Shown here: positions 12,821 to 26,415 of the stretch, one piece after another
Position numbering within the stretch: the stretch's first letter is position 1
Layout: every line of letters begins with the position of its first letter
NCBI RefSeq assembly: GCF_006345805.1
Contig: NC_043005.1
Location: 50,220,001-50,284,000 of the forward strand
DNA length: 64,000 bases
From: Octopus sinensis
Taxonomy: Eukaryota
Direction: 5' to 3'
The notes under the pieces: generated by a model
The model's database searches: none
What the model was told of the DNA's origin: nothing
Seen by the model: only the letters and a program-made list of their open reading frames with translations
Position numbers and translations under genes: made by a program

Positions 12821-13207
12821 GTGGAGGCGCAATGGCCCAGTGGTTGGGGCAGCGGACTCGCGGTCATAGGATCGCGGTTTCGATTCCCAGACCGGGCGTT
12901 GTGAGTGTTTATTGAGCGACAACACCTAAAAGCTTCACGAGGCTCCGGCAGGGGATGGTGGTGATCCCTGCTGTACTCTTTCACCACAACTTTCTCTCAC
13001 TCTTACTTTCTGTTTCTGTTGTACCTGTATTTCAAAGGGCCGGCCTTGTCACTCTCTGTGTCACGCTGAATATCCCCGAGACCTACGTTAAGGGTACACG
13101 TGTCTGTGGAGTGCTCAGCCACTTACACGTTAATTTCACGAGCAGGCTGTTCTGTTGATTCGGATCAACCGGAACCCTCTCCGTCGTCGTAACCGACGGA
13201 GTGCTTC
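12821..13207 (+). mobile_element. tRNA-derived SINE (family B variant) with 12-bp TSD
   Basis: TGGCCCAGTGG / GGTTTCGATTCC boxes; TSD TACAGTGTATGT at 12809-12820 and 13208-13219. Confidence 0.88.
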
Positions 13208-13298
13208 TACAGTGTATGTTGAAATTGTTCATTTTCTACTAGATATCGATATTTGGACAATTTCTTCTAGACATAAACTTTTATCTTTAACTTTAATT

Positions 13299-13524
13299 TG
13301 TTTCTGTCATTAGACTGCGGCCATGCTGGAGCACCGCTTGAAGAATTTTAGTTGAACGAATCGACCCCAGTACTTATTTAAAAAAAGAACTGGTACTTAT
13401 TCTATCAGTTTCTCTTTTGCTGAACCGCTAAGTTACGGGGACGTAAACATATCAGCACTGGTAGTCGAGTGATGGTGGGGGAGACACATATATATATATA
13501 TGTGTGTGTGGGTGTATATATATA

Positions 13525-13571
<47 letters not shown>

Positions 13572-13743
13572 TATATACACACATATATAGACACACAAAC
13601 GTGCGTGCTGGGCTTCTTTCAGTTTCCTTCTGCCAAATCCACTCATATTTTGGTTGGCTCGAAGGTATAGTAGAAGACATTTGCCCAAGGTTCCACGCAG
13701 AGGGACTGAACCTGGAACCATGTGGTTGGGAAGCAAGCTTCTT
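13299..13743 (-). mobile_element. SINE family A
   Basis: Nearly full length, expanded internal (AT)n. Confidence 0.8.
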
Positions 13744-14030
13744 ATCGTATAAACAGAATATTTGTCTTGAAAACGTCACATCCATTTTTGTCACACACGT
13801 CACACCAGTTTAGTGAGAACTGTAACTGCAGACATTATTGATCAGTCAACTCATTAGCATTTTCTGAAATTTCAAGGTCAGTTTAAACAAACACCATCAG
13901 GCTTTTTATGTTGCTCTGGAGAAATCCAGAGGAATTAGCAATTAATATTTTCAGGTGCAAAAAGTTATTTTGTGTGGTATCATATACGTCACACTTACAA
14001 GATCATCCACCAGAAAAAAAAAAATTAACA

Positions 14031-14054
14031 GGCGTACTTGTGTGGTAAGAAGGT

Positions 14055-14099
<45 letters not shown>

Positions 14100-14467
14100 T
14101 AATCCAAACAAGAAAACAAAAAGACAACAACGCGAGGATGTGGAACAAATAAAGTATTATTGGGCGCTCAAGGAAGAAGGGAAGAAGGAGGGTATGACGT
14201 TTATATATATATATATATATGTATATATTTATATATATAAATACGTGTGTGTGTGTGTGTGTTTGTTTGTGTGTCTGTGTTTGTACCCCCCGCCATCGCT
14301 TGACAATCGATCTTGGTGTGTTTGCGTCCCTGTAACTTAGCGGTTCGGCAAAAGAAACCAATAGAATGAGTACTAGGCTTGCAAAGAATAAGTCCTGGGG
14401 TTGATTTGTTCGACTAAATGTAGTGCTCCAGCATGGCCGCAGTCAAATGACCGAAACGAATGAAAAG
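14031..14467 (+). mobile_element. SINE family A with internal deletion and an inserted H2-type piece
   Basis: Head remnant, (AT)n, insert at ~14100-14200, family A tail. Confidence 0.7.
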
Positions 14468-14611
14468 AAAAAGAAAAAAAGATACATACCAAGAAAAAAG
14501 ATTTTTGCTTAGTGTTTTACCTGAGTGGTCAAACGATTCCTGTAAGTTTACAGGTACATATTCATAATTTGTGTCGCTGACTATGTACGTCTAGCGAGAA
14601 AGACCCTAGAT

Positions 14612-14985
14612 CAGGGCCGGCCAACCTGAGGCCTGCGGACCGCATCCGGCCTGCAGACCATTATCTTGCGGCCCGCTTGATACTTTCTTGAAATGGGTTT
14701 ATTTGAACAAACATAAAAAAAATTTTTTATTACCAATTAAAGATTGTAATGAAAGTAAGAAAGAAAGATACTACTGTTTTTGCAACGATAATATTTCGTG
14801 TTGAATCAACGCTCATTCATTCATTATTGTAATAATAGCATGAGAAAGCAGAATGCTTTCAATTCTGTCGGTACACAAGCGGCCCTCAAAAAACTTTCTG
14901 TGATGAATGTGGCCTGCAATGTAATTCGAGTTGGCCAGGCCAGCCCAGCCCAGCCCAGCCCAGCCCAGCCCAGCCCACCAGCCCT
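14612..14985. mobile_element. hAT-type MITE with (CCAGC)n expansion in the right terminus
   Basis: CAGGGCCGGCCAAC ... GTTGGCCAGGCC(CAGCC)n; internal GCGGCCCGC motifs. Confidence 0.6.
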
Positions 14986-15859
14986 AGATCATTGGTTACG
15001 ACAGGATGAACGAGGGGACCTAGTAAATCCACTAGAAATAGCAGTCAAATACCCCCTCAAATCGCCTACTACCTATCGTCTTGAGGAAGGAGGATCGTAC
15101 TGGACAATATCACGGCATTATCGCATTGCTTTAGCCTTCAAATAAGGCCACCCTGCAAGCAGACCAACATTCTTTCAGATCGGAAGACCATTCCGTTGCA
15201 GGGTTGCCTATTTACAGCTGAATAGAATGAAGCAACGTGAAATGAAGTGTTTTGCTAAAGAACACAACGCGCCGCCCTGTCCGGGTATCGAACTCACGAT
15301 CTAGCGATCGTGAATACGACACCCTAACCACTAGGCTACATGCCTTTACGTGTTAGAAACTATGGTCTTACAAAAATATAGGCTGAGACTGGATGGAATA
15401 TCTTTGGTCAGAGGTCCTCCAAGCCAGGACTTGTCCAAAGTAAAATGACCACAAACGGGAAGCTTGTGGTTTGGCATGTTTTAAGGCCGATAATAAAACC
15501 TTCCAGCTATGTTATACCTTTCATCATTTAAATTGCTCCAGTCATTGGATTGCGGCCATGCAAGAGCATATTCTTGAAGGGGTTATAGTCGAACGAATCG
15601 ACTCTAGGACTTCCTTCTTATTTTCGTTTAAGCCTGGTACTTATTCTGTCAGTCTCTTTGTTTTGGGGACGCAAACAAACCAATGCGTATTGTCAAGTGG
15701 TAGACAAATACACACACACACATATACATATGCCAACGAGCTTAGGGTCTGAAGAAACGCTGTAAAGCTAGCACTTTATGGACGTGAAACCCCGGGTAAC
15801 CCCATAGACCGGCCTCATCTATCTACCTACCTACCTACACACACACACACACACACACA

Positions 15860-15924
15860 CATACATACATACATACATTCATACACACATACACACATAC
15901 ACACACATACATACATACATACAT

Positions 15925-15964
<40 letters not shown>

Positions 15965-16788
15965 ACTACATACATACATACATACATACATACATACATA
16001 CATACATACATACATACATACATACATACATACATACATACATACATACATACATACATACATACATACATACATACATACATACATACATACATACATA
16101 CATACATACATACTACATACATACATACATACATACTACATACATACATACAACATACATACTACATACATATACATACATACATACATACATACTACAT
16201 ACATACATACATACATACATACATACATACATACATACATACATACATACATACATACAACATACATACATAATACATACATACATACATACATACATAC
16301 ATACATACACATACATACATACATACATACATCATACTACATACATACATACATACATACATACATACATACATACATACATACATACATACATACATAC
16401 ATACATACATACATACATACATACATACAACATACATACATACATACATACATACATACATACATACATACATACATACATACATACATACATACATACA
16501 CATACATACATACATACATACATACATACTACACATACATACATACATACATACATACATACATCCATACATACATACATACATACATACATACATACAT
16601 ACATACATACATACATACATACATACATACATACATACATACATACATACATACATACATACATACATACATACATACATACATACATACATACATACAT
16701 ACATACATACATACATACATACATACATACATACATACATACATACATACATACATACATACATACATACATACATACATACATACAT
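15860..16788. repeat. ~930-bp (TACA)n microsatellite
   Basis: Direct reading. Confidence 0.98.
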
Positions 16789-17233
16789 GACGAGCTCTCG
16801 GTTTCCGTCTACCAAATCCAGTCTCAAGGCTTTAGTCAATCCGAGCTGCTGTAAAAAACACTTACCCAAGGTGCCGTGCAGTGAGGCTGAACACTAAGGC
16901 ATTTGGTTAGGAACCAAACTTCTTACCACACGGCCACGCCCGCGGTTATATACGGCTTATGTTTACAGTATATCAATAGCTACAAGACATTCAAATTTTA
17001 TTTCTAATTTGATTTGGTATATAGATTTCCACCAAAACTTTGGCTAAGTTTCATTATATGGTTGAACGAATTAGTGTGTAGAAAAAAAACCCCTGAGAGA
17101 GAGAGAGAGAGAGATGAAGAGAGAGGCAGAGGTAGAGAGGGAGAAAGAGTGTGTGTACACAGGATTGAACACAATATTATCTCCATCATTTAACCGAAAT
17201 ATCTTAAAATCTTAAAAGCATCATGACACGATC

Positions 17234-17269
<36 letters not shown>

Positions 17270-17270
<1 letters not shown>

Positions 17271-17405
17271 ATGTATGTATGCATGTATGTATGTATGTAT
17301 GTATGTATGTATGTATGTATGTAGATAAATACATAGATTGACAGATATAGAGATATATGCATACATAAATACATATATATATATATATATATATACATGT
17401 GTATG

Positions 17406-17480
<75 letters not shown>

Positions 17481-17513
17481 GTATGTATATATATGTATGT
17501 ATGTATATATATG

Positions 17514-17544
<31 letters not shown>

Positions 17545-17566
17545 GTATATGTATGTATATATATGT

Positions 17567-17607
<41 letters not shown>

Positions 17608-17900
17608 TATGTATGTATATATATATATATGTATGTATATATATATATGTATGTATATATATATATGTGTATATATATATGTATATATATATATGTGTAA
17701 TATATATATGTATATATATATATGTGTATATATATATATGTATATATATATATGTGTATATATATATATATGTATATATATGTGTATATATATATATATA
17801 TGTATATATATGTGTATATATATATGTATATATATATGTGTATATATATGTGTGTGTGTATATATATAATATATATATATTTATATATATATGTGTGTGT
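17270..17900. repeat. Compound (TATG)n/(TA)n(TG) microsatellite
   Basis: Direct reading. Confidence 0.95.
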
Positions 17901-18146
17901 GTGTATTTAAAAGTATATGTATATGCACAGGTACATATTCTTGTATTGTTATTCTGAAATTCAATGCAGGTTGAAGAAAAAATCAAATAAAAGAAACAAT
18001 GTGTAAAAATGCAAAACACAGCATACCATCCCTACCACTCACAACCACGCATTAAGGATTATACATCGATGACTAAAAGGATACATAGAAATAAGTAGCT
18101 CGGCTGATTGATAACTCTTTGCTCAGCCTGTCTGTCTGCCTGTCGG

Positions 18147-18532
<386 letters not shown>

Positions 18533-19044
18533 GCATGTAGGCAGGTAGGTAGGTAGGTAGGTAGGTAGGTAAGGAGGGAGGGAGTGTGGGAGGGAGTGTG
18601 GGAGGGAAGTAGGTGCGTAAGTACCGGACTAGAAATAAATCGATAAACCGTGCGCGTGTGTATGTATGCATGTATGTATGTACACATACACACGTATGCA
18701 TATCTATATATAGAGATGTTTGTGTGTGTGTGTGTGTGTGCGTGTGTGTGTGTGTTTGTGTAGATATACATATATACATATAAATATATACATGCATACA
18801 AATACACACCCATGTATATGTGTCTGTGTGTGTGTGTGTATGTGTGTGTGTGTGTGTGTGTGGAGAGAGGGGGACAGAGAAGGAGAGAGAGAGAGAGAGA
18901 GAGAGAGTGAGTACGAGCGATGAGAAGATATACCGGTCTACTATAAAAGCTGGTCCGTAGTAGTATCCAACTCCTTCTTCCCTCATTGCTTCTCCTCCTC
19001 CTCCTCATTCATTAACTCTCTCACTAAACACACACGCACGCACG

Positions 19045-19076
<32 letters not shown>

Positions 19077-19436
19077 CACACATACACTCCATAGATAGCG
19101 TCACGTGAAGAAGTGAGTAGGTTATCGGCATCAGGCAACGGGCGAAACTACGGCAACTGGTTAAGATGTAACTAAACAAAATCGATATGTGTTGTTGGCT
19201 GAAAATAAAATGGGACAACCCCCCTTGTTCATCGCCGGACCGGTCAAAGCCTGCTGCTGCTGCTGCGGCTGCTACTGCTGTTGGAGTGTAAGGTAACAGA
19301 GACTAAATTAGCGATTCAGGGATGAAGGGAAAGGAAAAAGAATTGGGAGAAAAAAGGACGGAAGGGAATTATGCAGTCGTAGCTCGAAACAAATGAAATT
19401 CCTTTATGCAGATTATATAAATGCTTAGTCATATGA

Positions 19437-19565
<129 letters not shown>

Positions 19566-19582
19566 TGTGTGTGTGTGTGCGC

Positions 19583-19728
19583 GCTAAGAAGCTTGCTTCC
19601 CAACCACATGGTTCCAGGTTCAGTCCACTGCGTGGCACCTTGGGACAAGTGTCTTCTGCTATAGTCTCGGGCCGACCAAAGCCTTGTGAGTGGATTTGGT
19701 AGACGGAAACTGAAAGAAGCCCGTCGTA

Positions 19729-19806
<78 letters not shown>

Positions 19807-20200
19807 AAGGAAATGAAGAAAATGCTGACAAAATAATTTAAGTAAGGGAGAGTGTATTTAATTAGGTGAAAGTTCTTTTTACCGGTTGCGCATTTGTTAT
19901 GCTTCTCAAAAGATATTTTTTAAAGAGAGATAGAGTTCCTTTCTGATAGATTTTTTCCTCTTATCTATATCTATATATATATATATGTGTGCGTGTGTGT
20001 GTTTGTGTGTCTGTGTTTGTCCTCCTAGCATTGCTTGACAACCGATGCTGGTGTGCTTATGTACCCGTTACTTAGCGGTTCGGCAAAAAGAGACCGATAG
20101 AATAAGTACTGGGCTTACAAAAGAATAAGTCCCGTGGTCGAGTCGCTCGATTAAAGGCGGTGCTCCAGCATGGCCGCAGTCAAATGACTGAAACAAGTAA
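19583..20200 (+). mobile_element. SINE family A pieces (head 19583-19727, tail ~19990-20200)
   Basis: Matches the family A consensus in two blocks. Confidence 0.7.
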
Positions 20201-20870
20201 AATAGTTTTAAAAATAGTAAAGAGAGTACACACACGTGCCCGCGCGCACACGCACTCACATTTATGCATAAACATATATATACGTGTGTGTTTGTGTGTC
20301 TGTCTGTGCGTGTCCCATGTACATCACACACGTTGCAAAGCACAGGTAAGCACATACCTAAGAGCCCATTCAAAAAAGGAAAAAAAAAACCAAAAAACAA
20401 ACAAGAAAACAAAAAAAAGAAAAGAAAAAGAAAGAGGCAAGAGAAAAAAAAAATTCAGACGTGCAATTAGAAATACATCTATATACACTGCATATGAGTT
20501 TTTCTCTTTTATTCTTTGACTGGCTTCAGTCACTGGAACAATGCATTACTGGGACGTCACCTTCAAAGGAAATTTAGTCAATCATGTCTTATTTGATCGA
20601 TTTTCATCAATCGAACCATTACGTTATATGGCATTAATAGACGCTAACATAATACTGAATCTGCGACCGTCAACACAAACATAAGCACTCAATCATTATA
20701 TAAGGCTTTCCCGTATTCCTTAGCTCCCTGGCTAAATCAAAGGAGAGGGAAATACGTATAGTTTTTGTCAGAACCATCATTTTGATAAATACTTTAACTG
20801 GCGGGCGGTGCCCCAACATGGCCGTAATCTAATGACTAAAACAAGTGAAAAAGAAAAAGATTTATATATA

Positions 20871-21100
20871 TTTCTTTAACTACCCACAAGGGGCTAAACA
20901 CAGAGAGGACAAACAAGGATAGACAAACGGATTAAGTCGATTACATCGACCCCAGTGCGTAACTGGTACTTAATTTATCGACCCCGAAAGGATGAAAGGC
21001 AAAGTCGACCTCGGCGGAATTTGAACTCAGAACGTAACGGCAGACGAAAAACGGCCACACATTTCGTCCGGCGTGCTAACGTTTCTGCCAGCTCGCCGCC
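20871..21100 (-). mobile_element. tRNA-derived SINE family C with Nin-domain-like core
   Basis: ggcggcgagctggcagaa..gagttcaaattccgccgaggtcgactttgcctttcatcctttcggggtcgataaattaagtaccag. Confidence 0.85.
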
Positions 21101-21439
21101 TTAAAAAGATTTATATATTGAGTACTTAACTTTAAATCCGGATCGTTTCAGTTATTTATTATTATTATTATTCAAATACGTAGAATCTATATTATAATTA
21201 GAAATGTGCTTTTCTTTCTGTCAGTCCATCCGTCATATGCTATCCTCAGATCTAGATGATTTTCGAGCAATTTATTGGGAAAAATGAAATAAAATATATC
21301 TAAAAAAAAAAAATAAGAGCACGATCGCGAATACAAGCAGCCGAAATAGGGTTCTTCTAAAGGTTCTCCGGAGTAACGGAAGTCAAAAGGGTCTATAGAC
21401 CGGAGATCTGAGTCTCTCCAAATTGAGCCGCTACTTCAC

Positions 21440-21690
21440 TTCATAGAAAGGTCACAACTCCGGTATTACGGACATATTAGAATATGGCAGGAAAGAATCG
21501 CAAGACAGATTCTTCAAGCTGAGCCACCGGCAGGAAACCTCGGAGTAGATCAAGAACGAGATGGTTGAATAATATCAATAATCTCAGCCAGTAACACTTA
21601 GGAATCCAGTCGGAAAGTCTAATGACGATTGCTTTTGATAGGACCCTATGGAGGAAATGCCCGAGGACTCGATCAGCGCGACCCTCCCAG
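21440..21690 (+). mobile_element. RTE-clade LINE ORF2 3' relic
   Basis: FIERSQLRYYGHI..QERIARQILQAEP..KPRSRSRTRWLNNI...IAFDRTLWRK with stop and frameshift; typical RTE C-terminal GHV.R...GRP.TRW...A.DR..WR motif. Confidence 0.7.
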
Positions 21691-22353
21691 GAATAGAGGA
21701 CAGGGAAGATGGATGCATGGATGGACGGACGGATGGAGGAAAAAACTGTGAATATATTTAACTTATTCACTGAATTCATGCCAGCAACGTAAGGAAAAAT
21801 AAAGTTTGTGCTTTATTTTTGGTCAAAGTTTATTTTCCCTCACCCATCACCGAAAAAAATTGCCCACTCTCAAATACAAGAGATCGTATGTGATGAATAG
21901 GATTACTGGGAGACAAAGATGAAGAAAGAGAAAAATAATAAAAATAGCGATAGTGAAATTGTCAATTTTACTGTAAATCAATTTCGATTTATTGAAGCGA
22001 TTCCTTCTGCCACTTGAAACTAAATATTTTTGAGGTGAGTAAACTATTTTACAAAATTCCTTCAGTTAGTAAAACAATCAATTCTGTTGTTTGTAAGCTA
22101 AATATATTTTTCACTTAAATACGTGTTATCATAAACAATTTCGAATTTGAAAAAAGGCATAAAAACGTTCCTTATTTCCTTATCGCGAATAAAAATTATT
22201 CACTGAAATTGAACATCTACTTCTATAAGAAAGTTTTGGCTAAGATATTTCACTAAAATGTTATGTTGATATGGTGGACATACTCATCATATATATATAT
22301 ATATAAAAAATACCCCTTGACATTCATTGTCTGCTACAAATATTGCTACTATA

Positions 22354-22591
22354 CAGGGTGACCCAAAAGCAGGTTTACAGTTATTCACCTATCTCTTTCG
22401 CATTCATATTAACAGTTTAGATCTTAGTAATAATAAAAAAAAATATGAAACCATTATTCTATGCTAATTTAGTCAATTTTGTCAAGGTCCCTTTTCAGTT
22501 TGTAAGATAGAGAGTGAAATGTAATAAAATGTTTTAAAAGAAATTTAAAGTGCCTACGTAATAACTTTAAACCTACTTTTAGGCCACCCTG
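22354..22591. mobile_element. Tc1/mariner-type MITE
   Basis: TIRs CAGGGTGACCCAAAAG / CTTTTAGGCCACCCTG flanked by TA. Confidence 0.8.
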
Positions 22592-22722
22592 TACATATAC
22601 AGGTTTGGTTTGCTTCCCAACCCCATGGTTCTGAGTTCAGTCCCACAGCGTGGCAAATTGGGCAAGTGTCTTCTACTATAGCCACGGGCTGACCAAAGCG
22701 TCGTGAGTGGAAGAAGTCCGTC

Positions 22723-22788
<66 letters not shown>

Positions 22789-23527
22789 CAGAGGCCCCCT
22801 TCCGTCATGAATGACCGTGGGATTGCACCTAGAAAGTTACCCTCCCAGGCACAACTCCGGGCAAGGTTGTTTATCGAAGACCAGCCGTCGCCCATGCATA
22901 CCAGCCCCCCCTCTCCACACCACTGATGTTATCCAAGGGAAGGGCAAAGGGGCTGATACAGCTTGGCACCAGTGACGTCACAACTCATTTCTACAGCTGA
23001 GTGAACTGGAGCAACGTGAAATAAAGTGTCTTGCTCAAGAACACAACACGCAGCCCGGTGCGGGATTCGAACTTACAACCTGACGGTCGTAAGTTCAACG
23101 CTCTGACCACTGAGCCATGCGCCTTCACACACACACATGTAATATGTGTGTGAGTGTGTGTGTGTGTGTGTGTTTGTGTGTGCGTGTTTTTGGTCTGTTT
23201 ATGTTTTAAACTAGCGGTTCGGCAAAAGAGACCGATAAAATAAGTACAAGGCTTTAAAAAAGAGTCCTGGGGGCGATTCATTTGACTAAAAAAATATTCT
23301 TCAAAGCAGTGCCCCAATATGGCCGAAGTTTAATAGAAGATAAAAGGTTCATAGTCACAAATGTGAAAGTTTTTATGCGGTCATTCCAAATTCTTGGAAA
23401 AGTAATCAAGTTTCCAACAAAATCGGTCAGAAAGATAGAATGTAATGGTGAAAACAGAACCGTTAGCTGGAACGTTGGTTATGAAGAAAGCGATTTCGTT
23501 AAATGTAAATATCGTACAATATATATA

Positions 23528-23733
23528 CAGTGATCCTTCGACTATCGCGGGTGTTACATTCCAAAACCTCCCACAGAAATTATTAAAATCTAAAAAAATA
23601 TAAGTACCTATTGGCCGCAGAAACGCAGATATATACTGAGGAGTCTGCGACATAAATTTACATATATTAGCCAGAAAAATCCACGATGTACAAGTATGCG
23701 ATAGGTGAACCGCGATATTTCGAGGGATTACAG
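23528..23733. mobile_element. Tc1/mariner (pogo/Tigger-like) MITE
   Basis: TIRs CAGTGATCCTTCGACTATCGCGG / CCGCGATATTTCGAGGGATTACAG flanked by TA. Confidence 0.75.
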
Positions 23734-23821
23734 TACTGAGTTTGCAGAATGTGAAATGAAATATTAAAAAAAAATAAACGTTTAGTGAAATAATATTGGT
23801 TTTAGATAGGCCAGCAATTCT

Positions 23822-24376
23822 GGAGAGGGTTTAAATCGATTACATTGACTCTGGTGTTTTATTTTATCGACTTCGAAAAGAGAAAAGGCAAAGTCGACCT
23901 CGGCGGAATTTGAGCCCAGAACGTAAAGACGCACGAAAAGCTGCTAGGCATTTTCCCCGACATGTTAACGATTCTTTTCTACTCTAGGCACAAGGCCCGA
24001 AATTTTGGGGGAGGGAGTCAGTCAATTAGATCAACCCCAGTACGCAGCTGGTACTTAATTTATCGACCTCGAAAGGATGAAAGGCAAAGTCGACCTTGGC
24101 GGAATTTGAACTCAGAACATAAAGACAGACGAAATACCTATTTCTGTTTCTTTACTACCCACAAGGGGCTACACACAGAGGGGACAAACAAGGACAGACA
24201 AACGGATTAGGTCGATTATATCGACCCCAGTGCGTAAATGGTACTTAATTTACCGACCCCGAAAGGATGAAAGGCAAAGTCAACCTCGGCGGAATTTGAA
24301 CTCAGAACGTAGCGGCAGACGAAATACTGCTAAGCATTTCGCCCGGCGTGCTAACGTTTCTACCAGCTCATCGCCT
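23822..24376 (-). mobile_element. Cluster of three family C SINE segments in tandem
   Basis: Core gaaaggcaaagtcgacctcggcggaatttga occurs three times (~23885, ~24080, ~24270). Confidence 0.8.
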
Positions 24377-24789
24377 TCTTAAGTGAAAAAAATATTAAAA
24401 GATTATTTACTAAGCCTTCGCTCAGAAAGACAATCAATACAGACATGTGATTAGAATTCTGAAATTAAAAAGTCACTAATTATAACCTCAATATTCTTGA
24501 AAACGAGAATAGAAGTGAAGTTAATAACATTCTGATTCTTTAAAAGAAGACTCTTGATATTTAAACTAAATATATTTTATATTAAAGCTAGTATTTTAAA
24601 TGAACAAACAATTTAAATTTAAAATCCAACCATAATGCCGTTAGCTAGTGACAGATACTGAACAATTATATACGAATGTATACATACACACGTATGTATG
24701 TATGTATGTATGTATGTATGTATGTATGTATGTATGTATGTATGTATGTATGTATGTATATGTATGTATGTATATATATATATATATTT

Positions 24790-24916
24790 ATTTATTTTAT
24801 AGAAGGAGCTTCTACAGGACTAGAACTGTTTCATTCAAAAGAAATCATCAGGAAGCTGATGATTTCTTTTGAATGAACAGTTCTAGTCCTGTAGAAGCTC
24901 CTTCTATAAAATAAAT
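24790..24916. repeat. Near-perfect 127-bp palindrome
   Basis: ~61-bp arms, 4-nt GAAG loop at 24852-24855, one 1-nt bulge. Confidence 0.9.
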
Positions 24917-25009
24917 TAATTTACTCTGCTATGTATTGAGTACCTTATTTACTGTGGTTAACCCCGACTCAACCCGGGACCTACATATATATATATATAT
25001 ATATAAAAC

Positions 25010-25047
25010 CTGTTACTCTAAGTTTCACGTTGCCGTTCATCGGACAG
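25010..25047 (-). ncRNA. Hammerhead-like motif (family H1, copy 2)
   Basis: CUGU-CCGAUGA-ACG(GCAA)CGU-GAA-ACUU(A)GAGU-A-ACAG. Confidence 0.65.
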
Positions 25048-25569
25048 TTATATATATATATATGTATGTGTGTGTGCATATGTTTGTGTGTCTGTGTTTG
25101 TCCCCCCAACATCGCCTGACAACCAATGCTGGTGTGTTTACGTCCCCGTAACTTAGCGGTTCGGTAAAACAGACCGATAGAATAAGTACTAGGCTTACAA
25201 AGAATAAGTCCTGGGGTCGATTTGCTCGACTAAAAGGCGGTGCTCCAGCATGGCCACAGTCAAATGACTGAAACAAGTAAAAGAGTAAAAGAGTAAAGAG
25301 AGTATCCAGTGATGGCTTGGATCTGTAGTCTTTGAATCAGCTTTCTCCTTTCTGGCATCGAAAAGCCTAAATTCTCAAGGTTGGTCCTAGAGTGCCACAT
25401 ATCTTAGTGCCCCAATAATTGCAATCTGGGTAGAGTAATTGTACATTTCTCTTTTTCGTTGATCTTTTAAGTTAGATGAAATTATCATCCGCTGGGCAGC
25501 TCATGCATGTATGTATGTATGTATGTATGTATGTATGTTGTATGTATGTATGTATGTATGTATGTTTAT

Positions 25570-26098
25570 GTCAGGTCAGTTTCGAGTGCTACTGGTAACA
25601 TGTAACCCAGTACAACCTGTTGCATGGTCGGGTCGTCGGCGACTAAACCGGGAACCCCACCAAGCTTGCTTGGTGAGGAGGGTGTTTATTGGACACCCTG
25701 CGGGATGAAAAACAAAACCTGTCAAAGGGCGGAGGAACTCTTGAGAGTCAACGGCCATCCAATAAATGTCTTAAGGCTGTATCATGCGCGGGGACATAGA
25801 AATAATCGGACTGTATACCCGATCGCGCGGTTAAACCATTGGGAGTGAAGGACTCCTAGCCTTTGTTAGGGCATCCTTCTAGGAGAAGGTAACTCAGGTA
25901 ACTGGGATAACTCCGACATAAAACCTGCGGATCAGTGGTTACCGATGATGTTGACTGTTGCTTAGTGAGTGGGATTGACTCAGTGCACAGCCTTTCCTCA
26001 CTTAAAAAAATATCTTCTTGCACAGGCATTGCACGATAACAACATTGATTAAGCTTCGTGCAATGGCCATACTCGATAACGAGGGGGCAGCCACCAAA
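25570..26098 (+). mobile_element. LINE 5'-region-like repeat (RTE-like) inserted in a (TATG)n tract
   Basis: GC-richer block with ccttctaggagaaggtaactc and ggcgactaaac motifs, flanked both sides by (TATG)n. Confidence 0.4.
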
Positions 26099-26375
26099 TG
26101 TATGTATGTATGTACGCTGTTTTCTCTTATTCATTTTCTTGTTTCAGCCACTGTTGTTAAGGTAGGGGAACCACCTTGATGGAATTGCTTTTTCTTTTAG
26201 TCAACCAAAATTTCTGAAGTATGATTAAGTATGAAGCTCTCCTTTAATCAAACAGCAGAACCTCGTTCAGGTAACTTGTGTGACGGTGCCGTACGAAACC
26301 GTAACAGCTCTAACGTTCCTATGGATGTTGGGAACGGTTGTCAAGCGGTGGTGGTGGGTCAAACACAGGCACTAA

Positions 26376-26415
<40 letters not shown>

